Positions 1 through 12,282 of a stretch of 64,000 nucleotides of DNA are shown here, piece by piece (positions within the stretch are counted from its first letter, which is position 1; the number at the start of each line of letters is the position of its first letter). Both the position numbers and the translations under genes were made by a program. The notes under the pieces are model-generated. The model was not told where the DNA came from, did no database searches, and was given only the letters and a program-made list of their open reading frames with translations. The DNA is from Torpedo marmorata (Eukaryota), in NCBI GenBank assembly GCA_977017645.1, contig OZ360232.1, forward strand, positions 15,810,001-15,874,000, written 5' to 3'.

Positions 1-910
1 TTATTTCTCAAATGTATAAGTTGTTTCAGAGGAAAATGCCTAAAATAGGATTGCATAAATCAAGATTAAAATGGGAATTAGATTTAAATGTAAATATAGA
101 TGAAAATCACTGGAAAGATTTATGTAAGTTAAGTATGACGAAGATTATTAATGTTAGATATAGACTAGTACAATATAATTTCTTTCATCAATTATATTTA
201 ACACCTAAAAAATTAAAGAAATTTAATCCGACATTATCAGGATTATGTTTTAGATGCAATAATGAGGAAGGTTCTTTTGTTCATTCTACATGGTTTTGTC
301 CAAAGATTGAAGATTTTTGGTTGAAAGTTAAAAAAATTTTAGATAAAATATTTAATATTACATTTCCAATGGATCCTATGTTTTTTTATTTGGAGATATT
401 AAAAAATTTAGTATTAAAAAGAAATTAAATATGTTTCAAGTAGAATTTTTACGAATTGCTTTTGCTGTTTCGAAAAAATGCATTGCTATTACTTGGAAAT
501 CTGACTTAGATTTAGGATTAGAAGGATGGCATGCAGAACTCCGTTCATGTATACCACTGGAAAAAATTACTTATAATTTACGTAATAAATATCATTTCTT
601 TTTGAAAATTTGGAGCCCATATATGAGAGCTGTGGGTTTAAGGATTTGAAGATCTCTGGATATCGGATCTACTGGCACATTTGGCCTCCATAAAAGAATT
701 AGTTTATAGATGATATTCCCCTTATTCTATCTTTTTCTTCCTTTCTTTTTTCTATTTTTATTTTTTATTTTATATTTACTAGATTAGTGGGGATGGGGGG
801 GTTGGGGAGGGGAGGGAGGGGGGAAAATATATCACATGTATTTTGATAATTTTATATTTTATTTTATGTATTTTGTGATTTAAAAGTTTAAATAAAATAA
901 AAAATAAAAA
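1..910 (+). mobile_element. L1-clade LINE 3' end (family A): ORF2 Cys-rich C-terminus, 3' UTR, A-rich tail
   Basis: ORFs 12..428 and 431..649 (CFRC...HSTWFCP zinc motif, frameshifted), G-rich tract, AATAAA and A tail near 890-910. Confidence 0.9.
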
Positions 911-1259
911 GTAGGAAGCTTAATACAATAAATTTGAGCAATTAAATTATAGAACTTTAAGTAATACTCACCAGTTCACATCTTTTTACTAAATAACATA
1001 GCTAAAGGTGTATTTTCTACAACAATCACATCTGAATTGTGTGGATTTACCCTCATCAATACATAGAAGTACAAAAAATAAAAGCACTTGGCCAATCACC
1101 CCTTCAGGGCTGCTCTGCCCTTCAATAATTACAAGTTTATTGTAATATACATTTGTACAATGGACACATGCACCAAAATTCTTACTTGCTGCAGCTGAAC
1201 AGGTACTTCGTAGGAATAAAAGCTCCAATAGTATACATCTAACTTAAAAAGATAAATGT

Positions 1260-2045
1260 CAGATCAAGATTATTTTATTGTCATGTAATAAAACAGAAAA
1301 TGTGATATTACATGAAATTTCCTTTCGTCTACGGTAAGGCAAAGATTTGCTATCAACAGGAATTGCCCAGCACCCCTGACAGTCAGACAGAAAGAGAAGC
1401 AAAAGAGAGTCCCCCAGAGTCACTGTGTCCGTGGATTCGCCTCCAGTGCTCTTGCAGCTGCACAAACTCCAGTCCAAACCATCAGCAACCCGAGCTCTAG
1501 ATGCACACCTCTGACACGATCAGGAAGCCACGAGCGCCCTTGGCATCCTCTTGCATCTCAGTTCTGATACCTGGTACCTCTTCAGCCAGTCTCCAGCAGT
1601 CCACAGCCTGGTGCGAGTCGCTTGACCGCAGTCGCCAGCAGCCTGCAGTCTTCGTGGGTTCCTCGCCTTGAGTCACCAACAGTCCGCCTCCTGTATGTTC
1701 TTCAGCCTCAGACCCCCACACTGGTCCGCCGCCGTGGTCACCGAACCGTGGGTCCTCTCCTCTGCTTCTTCTTCTCAAACAGGGGGTGGTCTCCCGTTTT
1801 CTGGTGCCCTGCATCAGTCCTTTGCTTCCCCAGAATCTGCAACCCCCCGCAGCCACTGCCAATCATAGGCGCCGCCATCTTGGGCCCAGATCCCGCGGTC
1901 GCAGGATTTTAAAATAAACTACCGTCGGCTCCTTTAATAGGTTGTTTAAAGCCTGTACAGAGCCGACAACAGTCAGACTGGGCGGTTGGACCCCACGGGT
2001 CCGCACCAGCGGCAGTGCTGCCGATACAGCAGCTCCGCCATTTTA
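1260..2045 (-). mobile_element. Non-coding GC-rich retroposon with Rex1/Babar-like 3' tail
   Basis: Minus-strand 3' end gacaataaaataatcttgatct resembles the Rex1 tails elsewhere in the window. GC/CpG-rich 5' part with YY1-like AAGATGGCGG (about 1872-1881) and AAAATGGCGG (about 2035-2044). Confidence 0.5.
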
Positions 2046-2984
2046 TTCAAAAAATATTATCTTTACTGTACAAAAGATATAGATATACAGTATAAAAATA
2101 TTCAGTAAATAAATATTATCTTGATTATTGACCTTTTATCACAGAACCACTTTCCTAGACTAACCACGCACCCCCCCCCTCCCTTTAATATCTGAAAAGC
2201 TATCAAACTGCATTGAATATACTCAGCAATTGAACCTCCACAGCCTACTGGAATGAAGAATTCAAAAGGTTCACCACAATGAGTTAAAAAAAAAAATTCC
2301 CAGTGTAATCCTAAATGGCCGACCCCTGATTTTAGGACTATGACCACAGGTTGTAAACACCTCAGGCTGGTGAAACATCTATCCTGTCAAAAGCCTGCAC
2401 AGAAAGCCTCTCTTCTCAAAGTTCAAATTTAATCTTCTCAAGGTGAGGAAAGCAGTCACCCCAAAGGCAGGCCAAGAAATAGAGAACGAATTAAACTGCG
2501 TTCAATAATCCAGGACCTCTTCTCATGCCAGCACAGACATGAAGGCGGCACACCAACACCTCTACTTTCTAAAAAGTCCAGTGAGATTCTGCATGTCGTC
2601 AAATACTCTATTGAACTTCTGTGGGTGAAAAGTGGACTGTTTGGTTGCACCACATCTTGGCTTGGAAACTCGAGTGTCCAGGAATGCAGAAAGCAGCAAA
2701 CCCAGGCAGATCCATCATGGGCATTAACCTCCCGTTCATTGAAGACAATGATGTGAAGAGCTGCCTCAAGAAGAGTTTATACCATATTTACTATATTAAT
2801 TTATACCATTATTGTTGTGTCTTGCACACCTGTGTGCCTGCAGGAAGTAAAAATTTCAGTGCATCTGTACGGTGTACCTGTGCAGATGACAATAAACTCT
2901 CATCAAGTGGCCTTTTGTATATTTGGCCATTCTATTAGATTTTCCTTTCTATTAAAGTACTTAAAGTATTCATTGGTGCGTAAA

Positions 2985-3680
2985 TAAAAAGTCTGCAAAT
3001 GCTGGAAAATTAAAAGCCACAAACACAACGAGCTGGAGGAACTCAGCAGGTCAGGTAGCATCCATGGAAAGTGATAGACAGCCAACGTTTCAGGCTGAAA
3101 ACCCTTCATCAAGAATAGCGAGAACTAGGCAGAAGCCCAAATAAAAAGGTGAGGTAGGGGTGGAGGAGAACAGGCTGGCAGGTGAGAGGTGGATACAGGT
3201 GTGAGAGAGAATAAAATAAAGGAGCTGAGAGGGGATGGGGGAAGGGGCAGAGAAAGATGCACTCTGATAGGAGGAAGAAAGGGAAGGAGCTGCAGGAAGG
3301 AAGTTGTAGGTGACAGGCAGGTGGGGAGGGTGGGAGAAAGGAATGAGAAAGAAGGAATGAGCCCAGAGAGATGAGGAAAAGCTGGATCTTGGGGGGTGAG
3401 GGAGGGGGGTGGGCAGGGGGAAGGGGTTACCGGAAATTGGAGGGCAATATTGATGCCGCCTGATTGAAGATTACCAAGACAGAATATAAGGTGCTGTTCC
3501 TCCAATTTACACGTGACCCCAATTTGACAGTGCAGGAGGCCATGGACCCACGTGTCAGTGCAGGAAAGGAAAGTGGAACTGAATGGCTGACCACTGGGTG
3601 GTCCTTTCTGTCGCAGCAGACACAGTGAAGGTGCTCAATGAAGCGATTGATTTCCCCCAATTGACGACCAGTCACCCCGA
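2985..3680 (-). mobile_element. Penelope-like element remnant (GIY-YIG endonuclease C-terminus plus terminal repeat with hammerhead motif)
   Basis: Minus-strand peptide KLEEQHLIFCLGNLQSGGINI. Terminus gctggaggaactcagcaggtc...ccaacgtttcaggctgaaaacccttcatcaag shared with other copies in the window. Confidence 0.8.
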
Positions 3681-3808
3681 CGCAGAGGTGGTTGCATCAG
3701 GAGCACCGAATGTGTATTACACAATGATGTGCATGACCTGCACAGCTAAGAATGGGTTTATCATCCAACACATGCATTTTTTAATAATTACCCAGTTGGC
3801 AAACATAC

Positions 3809-3978
3809 CTAATTGGGCCCACAGAGGATTATAGGGGTTTGATTTTGAAAGCATGTCCACACTTTCAGAGGAATGTTTTTCCAAGAAAATCTTAATGGGA
3901 GGTTGACCATTTGGCATAACTGTGGGGACCCAGGCGAGATGATTCGTGAGCACAGCAGTAATCAGGGCAGGCAGAAAT
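3809..3978 (-). CDS. FNIP1: FNIP1 coding exon 13 (170 bp): [56 protein letters not shown](G)
   Basis: Near-identical to FNIP1 (ORF 3717..3992). Acceptor ttaatcag, donor gtatgt. Confidence 0.97.
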
Positions 3979-4669
3979 CTGATTAAAGACAAGATAAATA
4001 TTTAAGCAAATCAGATAAATCGATATCAATGCAAATTCAAGTTGCACATTTAATAATAAGCACACAGTTTTACCTTAAAACAAAGAGGAACATAAACATC
4101 TGACAATTATACATCATGGCATCATTTCACTGTGATGGATGACAGAAGAAATTTAAATGCCAATCTGTCAGTCTCCTGCTCTCATGCCAGATAACCTTAG
4201 GGTCAAGAAGCCCAAAAATACTGACACACTGTTCAAGAACTTTTGAATCTTTTGCTTGAAATACTGAAGTTCAGAATCATCTTTCCAAAATAAAGCTTGT
4301 GATTAATAATCTGTCTTTTACTTACTTTAAAGCCATAAGAATATGCAAGCAAACCATTAAATGAATATTTTAGATTCACCAACACACATCTATGGAACTA
4401 CTTGCAGAGTTGCGAGATTCTGATTACTTTATCAGTCTAAAGGATTCTGAAAAATATTTAAAAAAGACAACCACCTGAAGCTCCAACCATAACCCACAGA
4501 AGGAAGATTTAACCCCCAAGTGGCCCTTTGATAATCCTAAAAATAGGCCACGCACCCATGCAAGCAATTAAGTGCCCTTTCTAACTTTCTCACCCAAGCA
4601 CCCAAAAATAGCAAGGGACTTGCCGTGAATTGGAGTTGTGGAGGGAGAAATAAATCAATTCTTATCACA

Positions 4670-4890
4670 AAATATTTTCAGGGAAGGCATTAGGGGGGAA
4701 CTTTTTCCACTCAGTGTGGAACGAGCTGCCAGCAGAGGTGGTGAATGCAGGTTTGATTTTGACATTTAAGAGAAGATTGGATATGCACATGGATAAGAGG
4801 GCTATGGTGCAGGTGCAGGGCAATGGGACTAGGCGGAATGGTTCGGCACAGACAAGATGGGCCAAAGGACTATAGTGTTCTATGATTCTT
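4670..4890 (+). mobile_element. CR1-clade LINE 3' fragment
   Basis: GNFF...VWNELPAEVVNAG-type C-terminal coding remnant and CR1 3' UTR. Confidence 0.7.
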
Positions 4891-7165
4891 GTAAGAATTG
4901 GTCAATCCCAACATGATAAATCATGGGGATTTCCTTTTCAAAAACCTGGGTATTTCTGTAGGCAATAAATACCAGGAGATTCAAGTTAATTATGCTGAGA
5001 GTGCAGCTCATCTGGCTTTCTGAGAGAGCTAGGAGGTACTTCAATGAGCAGAACTGAACATTTGAAAATTCAAGGTCACCGTAATATGCCTCACTGTGCA
5101 AGTTCTAATGTGGCAAGGGAATGGTTAGTGCACAAAAAAATCAAAGCACTTCTGGAGCGATAATAATATGCAATAGGTTTAAAAATTTCTCAAAATTCAG
5201 TACGATATTTAAGATTTTCAATGGTTTTGTAAATTTTCCTTTATTTTTCTAATGAAACGGGGAAGTGATTGACTTCTTCGTATTTTTGTGCAATTCCATA
5301 CTCAACCAGTAGATGGAGCAGAAATCATTATTGAGCTGAGCAGGAAACCAATTTGGCTGAGAACCTGGTCTCCATACTTTTCTGACTCCCTTCTCCATCT
5401 CTGAACTGCAGTAAAGAGAATATAAAGTAGAGCCCCTCCCCTGTCATTCTTTTACACAAGCCTATGAGGCAGAGATTCATTTACAAACAATTGATTTTTG
5501 CCATGCACTTTTAAGATTCAAATAAGTAAAAAGACATCTAAAATATGATGTGGAAATGTATTTACAATCCCAATAACATGGTGTAGTTCTCAACTCCATC
5601 CACGTTAGGGATAGTCAACGTGACTTTGTGCAAGGGAGGTCATGTCTTACAGACTTGATTGAGATTTTTTGAGCAGATGACAAAGTTGATTGAAGAGGGA
5701 AGGGCAGTCGACGATGTCTACATGTAAAACATTTAACATGGCCCCTCATAGAATGCTGATCCAGAAGACTGAGGCACATGGGATCCAGAGAAACTGGGTG
5801 AACTGGATTCAAAATTGATTTGACCATAAAAGACACATGGTAGTGGTGTAGGGGTGTTATTCCAACTGGGAATCTGAGACCAGTGGTACTCTACATGGGT
5901 CAGTGTTGGGACTTCTGTTGTTTGCGATGTAAATGATTTGGACACAAATTTAGGTGGGCTGATTGGTAATTTTGCAAGCAACACAAAATTTGGCACAGTG
6001 GAACATAGTTAAAGAATCCATCAAGACATAGATCACTTGAGAATAAGGATGTAGAAATCGGAGATGGAATTTAATCCCAACAACTGTCAGGTATTGCACT
6101 TTGGAACATCAGGAAAAACCAAGGGAGGTGGCGTTTGTGTCATCATCAATTCATCGTGGCGCACAAATGTGACGGTCATGTCCCAGTCCTGCTCGCCTGA
6201 CCTGGAACATCTGGTGATCAAGTGCCGCCCATTCTACCTGCCGAGGGAGTTCACCGCCATCATCCTGGTCACAGTGTACATTCCGCCCCAGGCTAACGTC
6301 AGGCTGGCACTGGAGGGACTGTGATAAATAGCCATGAGACAGCACATCCTGATGCCTTCCCGATCATTGTAGTGGACTTCAATCAGGCCAACCTGAAGAA
6401 GTCTCTGACAAACTACCACCAACACATCACATGCGAGACCAGGGGAGCCAACACACTCGACACCATGAAGAACACCTACCGAGCCATACCACGACCGCAC
6501 TTCGGCAAGTCTGATCACCTGGCCGTACTTCTACACCCGGCGTACAAGCAGAGCCTGAGGACCACAGCACCAGTAGTGAAGACGGCGAAAGTATGGTCAA
6601 GGGAGGCGGAGGAGCGTCTGCAGGACTGATTTGAATCGGTGGACTGGAACATATTCAAGAACTCATCCATAGACGAATGAATGTGCAACAGGTGTCACCG
6701 ACTTCATCAAGACCTACGTGGATGAGTGTGTGCCCACGCGCAAACACCGTTCCCCAACCAGAAGCCTTGGATGAATCGGAGGATTCGCAACCTGCTGAGG
6801 GCGAGATCAAGGGTGTTTAAGGCCGGGGATCTAGATATCTACAAGAAGTCCAGGTACGACCTGCGGAAGGCCATCTCTGAAGCAAAGTGGCAATTCCAGA
6901 GGAAGCTAGAGACAGAGACAGATACACGCCAGCTATGGCAGGGAGTGCAGACCATTACAGCCTACAAAGCGAGGGCGAACACCATAGATGGCTGTGATGC
7001 TTCATTACCTAATGAGCTGAACACCTTCTATGCCCACTTTGAGAAGGAGAACCAAACAGTGCCTACGAGAATCCCTGCAAAGGCTGAGGACTCTGTGATA
7101 ACTGTCTCTGAGGACGACGTCAGAACATCATTCGGCAAGGTTGCTGCCTAAGCCCGTTGCTTTTT

Positions 7166-10100
7166 AAAAAAAAAATATTTTATTTTAAGATTTTCAACTT
7201 TTTCACAATAATACAAAATAATGTAAAATATACATTAAACATCAGTTAAATTCGATACATAGGAATTTCGTATTACCATGAATCTAACCCCATCTAAACC
7301 ACCCTTACTAAAACAACCCACCCTCCACCCTTCCCATCCCTTATCCCCTCCCCATACTAGAACTAAAAAAGAAAAGAGAAGGGAAAAGAACAATTGAAAA
7401 TATATCTGTACATATCCATGGCTCGATGCAAGAAATTCAACAATGTTCATTCTTCAAGTTTAAACTTAAGAGAGTCAGCGGGGTCTGGGATGCAGGGCAA
7501 CATATTTAAATATTCATTCCTGATAATTGGATAAATGGACGCCAAATTTGTAAAAAGAGTCCATACTTATTCCTCATATTGTATGTTATTTTTTCCAATG
7601 GGATGCATCTACTCATACTCAGATTTGTGTCCGATTTCCAGGTCACTGCTATACATTTCCTAGCTACTGCTAGTGCAATTTTTACGAATTTTAATTGCCA
7701 TATGGATAATTTCAATTTTGGTCTAGCTCCCTCTACATTCCCCAATAAGAACAAGTCAGGGTTTTGAGGAAATGTAACACCTGTAACTAGTTTTAACCGG
7801 TTTCCTAACTCTGCCCAAAAATCTTTAACTTTTGAACATGACCACGTTGAATGTAAGAATGTTCCTTCTTCTTCTCCACATCTAAAACATCTATTTGGTA
7901 TTGTAGAATTCATCTTGTTCAGTTTTTGTGGTGTGAGGTATATTTGGTGTAAGAAGTTGTATTGTACCAGTCTATTTCTTACATTAACAGTATTAGTCAT
8001 ACTATCTAAGCATAGATCCGACCATCTTTTTTCATCAATTATAATATTAAGATCTTGTTCCCATCTTTGTCTGGACTTATGAAGTCCTCGTTTTTGAGCT
8101 CCCTTCTGTAACAAAGAATATACTATAGAAGTAAATTTCTTAGTGTTTCCTTTCCTAACAATAGTTTCTACTTCGCTACACTCTTGTAACAACATGTCTG
8201 GACCTAGTTTTCCTCTTAAAGAAGCTGTTAGTTGAAGATAGCAAAAAAATGTATTTCTAGGTATTCCGTATTTATTCTGTAATTGTATGAATGACATCAT
8301 TTGATTTCCTTCATAACAATCTTCTATTTTCTTTATTCCTTTTAATGACCATGTATTTAAAAAAGGGTTATCTTTTGTAAATGGTATCAGATTGTTCTGT
8401 ATCAATGGCATTTTAGGTGATACATTTCCTTTTAATCCTATATCGTCATTAACCTTATTCCAAGCATTAATCAAATGTTTTAATAACGGTGTTTCTTTAA
8501 CACCTGTCAACAGTTTTGAATTCCATTAATATATAAATTCTTGTGACTTCTTCTCTCCTATTTCTCCAAGCTCTATTCCAACCCACGCAGGTCTTTCTTC
8601 AGTTTCAAAAAAAGAAGCAATAAAACGCATCTGTGCCGCTCTATAGTAGTTCTTAAAATTAGGGAGTTGTAAACCTCCCAATTCATATTTCCATGTTAAA
8701 CGTTCCATCGAAACTCTTGACATTTTTCCTTTCCATAAAAACTTTCGCACCTGTTTATTTAAGTCTTGAAAGAATACCTGTGGTAGTGAAATAGGTATAG
8801 TCTGATACAGGTACTGTATCCTTGGAAATATATTCATCTTAATACAATTAACTCTTCCTATCAATGTGATTGGTAGATTAATCCATTTCTCTAGATCCTC
8901 CTTAATCTTATTAAGCAATGGCACATAGTTCCACTTGTATAAATTCTTTAATTTATTATCTGTCCGGACCCCTAGGTATTTTATTCCATTATATCCATAT
9001 AACCATATAACAATTACAGCACGGAAACAGGCCATTAGGCCCTTCCAGTCCGCACCGAACCAAACATTCCTATCTAGTCCCACCTACCTGCACCCTGCCC
9101 ATAACCCTCCACTTCCTTCTCATCCATATACTTGTCCAACTTTTTCTTAAATAATAAAATTGACTCTGCCGCCACTACTTCTCCCGGAAGCTCATTCCAC
9201 ACCGCTACCACTCTCTGAGTAAAGAAGTTCCCCCTCATGTTACCTCTAAACCTCTGCCCCTTAATTCTTAGCTCATGTCCTCTTGTTTCAATCTCTCCTG
9301 TTCTTAATGGAAATAGTCTATCCACATCCACTCTGTCTATCCCCTTCATAATTTTAAATACCTCTATCAAATCCCCTCTCAACCTTCTACGCTCCAAAGA
9401 ATAAAGACCTAATCTGCTCATCTCTCCTTGTACTCTAGATTCTTAAACCCAGGCAACATTCTGGTAAACCTTCTCTGCACTCTCTCCACCTTGTTGATAT
9501 CCTTCCTATAATTTGGCGACCAGAACTGCACACAGAACTCTAAATTAGGCCGCACCAAAGCCTTATATAATCTCAACATCACTTCCCAACTCCTATATTC
9601 TATGCAATGATTGATAAAGGCCAGCATACTAAAAGCCTTCTTCACCACCCTGTTCACATGTTTCCACCTTCAGGGAACGATGCACCGTTATTCCTAAATC
9701 TTTCTGCTCTTCTGTATTCATCAATGCTCTCCCATTTACTACATATGTTCTGTTCTGATTCTTCCTACCAAAATGAAGCACCTCACATTTATCAGCATTA
9801 AACTCCATCTGCCATTTTTCAGCCCACTTTTCTAAGCAGCCCAAATCCCTCTGCAATCCTTGAAAACCTTCTTCATTATCCACTAGTCCACCTATCTTAG
9901 TATCATCTGCATATTTACTAATCCAGTTTACCACCCCATCATCTAGATCATTGATATATATAACAAACAACAACGGGCCCAATACAGATCCCTGAGGCAC
10001 ACCGCTGGTCACCTGCCTCCAACCTGACAGACAATTATCCACTACCACTCTCTGGCCTCTCCCTTCCAGCCAATGTTCAATCCATTTGACTATCTCAGAA

Positions 10101-12282
10101 TTTATACCTAAAGACTGCACCTTCCTAACTAACCTTCCATGCGGAACCTTATCGAAGGCCTTACTGAAGTCCATATAGACAACATCCACCGCGCTACCCT
10201 CATCCACATTCCTAGTCACCTCTTCAAAAAATTCAATCAGATTGGTCAAACAGGACCATTTAAACTGGGTACTTCTTTTGCATACAGCGTAATCTCCTTC
10301 TGTAAGAGGCATAACTTCACTTTTATCCCAATTTATCTTATACCCAGAAACTTTTCCATATTCCTCCAGCTTAAAATGTAGTTTTTGCAAAGAGGTCTCA
10401 GGTTTGGTCAAGTATATTAACACGTCATCCGCGAATAGACTTATTTTATGTCGCTCTTGACCAACTGTAAATCCTTTAATTTCCACATCACTTCTAATCG
10501 CTTCTGCCAACGGTTCTATCGCTAGTACAAATAAAGCTGGTGACAGTGGGCACCCTTGCCGACTAGATCTTGTTAAGTAAAAGGGGGTTGATAATTGTCA
10601 ATTTGTCACTACTTTGGCTTTTGGAGCATTATATAACGCTTTAATCCAATCTATGTACGTCTTCCCAAACCCGAATTTTTCCAAAACTTTAAATAAAAAG
10701 TCCCACTCTAACCTATCGAAAGCCTTTTCTGCATCCAGTGCCACTGCTACACTTCGTACTTTCCTTTTTTGAGCTAAATACATAATACTGAGTAATCTTG
10801 CTACGTTATCTGCTGCTTGTCTTTTTTTTTTTATGAAGCCTGTTTGGCAGAAATTTTGTTATCCTATTTGCCAGAATCTTTGCTACAATTTTATAATCTG
10901 TGTTCAGTAATGAAATTGGTCTATATGACGAGGGTTTCAATGGATCTCTATCTTTTTTTGGTATTACTGCAATTATTGCAGTTGAGAAGGACTCTGGAAG
11001 TGTATTGGTCACTGATGCTTGTTGTAACATATCCATAAAAATGGGAGTCAATAATTCCTTGAATTCTTTATAAAACTCTGGTGGAAAACCATCCTCTCCC
11101 GGTGCTTTGTTACTTTGTAATGAGCTAATTGCATCCTTTACTTCCCTTTGTGTAATCTGTGTGTTTAAATCTAGACGCTCTTTTACATTTAATGTTGGCA
11201 AATTTATCTGAGATAAATAATTATCAATTTTTCTATCATCTTGTAATGATTCTGATTTGTATAGATCAGAATAGAACTTCCTAAAAGAATCATTTATGGT
11301 TTGGGGTTTATAACTAATGACATCGGTCTCTGTTTTAATTGCATTAATTGTTCTAGATGCCTGCTCCGTTTTTAATTGCCATGCTAATACTTTATGCGCG
11401 CGTTCGCCTAGCTCATAGTATCTTTGTTTAGTTCTTATAATGGTTTTTTCCGTTCTATAAGTCTGTAACATATTATACTGTAACTTTTTATTAGTTAATT
11501 GCCTACTTTTATCTATAGAACTCCTCGTTTGCAAGTCTTTTTCTAAGATCGTTATCTCTTTTTCTAATTTATCTATTTCTTTCATATAATCTTTTTTAAT
11601 TTTTGAAGAGTAGCTTATAATTTAACCTCTTAAAAATACTTTTAAAGTTTCCCATATTACAAATTTATCAGTCACTGAATTTAGATTTGTTTCACAAAAT
11701 ATCTGAATTTGCCTCTTTATAAAATCACAGAAATCTGTTCTTTTTAATAACATAGGGTTTAGTCTCCATCTATATATCGATTTCTCTTTATCAGGTACCG
11801 TCACTGTCATCAGTAAAGGAGAATGATCAGACAGGATTCTAGCCTTATAATCTATTTCCAAAATTCTATCTTGTATTTGAGCTGAGGCTAAAAATAAATC
11901 AATTCTAGAATAAGTATCATGTCTAGTAGAATAAAATGAGAAATCTTTATCTCTAGGGTGAATTCTCCTCCACGCATCAATCAAATTTAAATCCTTCATT
12001 AACACCAACGTGGCTTTCGCTGCTTTAGTTCTCCTTCCTCCTCTTGTAGATTTGTCCAGACCCGGATCTAAACAAAAGTTGAAATCTCCCCCAATTATGA
12101 TATTTTCATGCGCTTCCGCTATATTGAGAAAGGTCTCTTGAATAAATTTATCATCATCTGTATTAGGAGCATATATGTTCAAAAATGTCCAAAATTCAGA
12201 GAATATCTGGCAGTTAATCATTACATATCTTCCTGCGGGGTCTGTTACAACACTTTGTATCTTAATTGGAAGATTCTTTTTC
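7166..12282 (-). mobile_element. Near-complete L1-clade ORF2 copy (family B), interrupted by a CR1 element
   Basis: EN (NIYAPN, GGDFN, SRID, SDHSP), RT (YRPISLLNTD, LDAEKAFDR, LFADD), Cys motif CFRC. Flanked by 14-bp duplication gcccgttgcttttt (7152-7165 / 12283-12296). Confidence 0.93.
8991..10256 (-). mobile_element. 5'-truncated CR1-clade LINE inserted in L1
   Basis: SCLTNLIEFFEEV...GVPQGSVLGP...KYADDTK...LVRPNLEFCVQFWSP. Microsatellite tail (ttatatgg) near 8991-9010. Splits the L1 reading between QFKW and NGIKYLG. Confidence 0.93.

Noticed and set aside
965-1235. Possible next FNIP1 exon (a gtgagt donor-like site on the minus strand near 966-971)
   Set aside because: The expected DLYGAIGSPVR start of exon 14 is not found in 1-3808, so that exon must lie beyond the window.
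3125-3505. ORF labelled + strand in the track
   Set aside because: Its peptide (MEEQHLIFCLG...) is encoded on the minus strand. It is a Penelope remnant followed by low-complexity sequence, not a gene.
6064-6324. Chimeric CR1-Rex1 ORF
   Set aside because: Insertion junction at about 6105 that happens to be in frame.
9629-10510. Apparent protein with two RT active sites (LFADD and KYADD)
   Set aside because: Chance in-frame junction of a CR1 inserted into L1 at 10256, not a gene.
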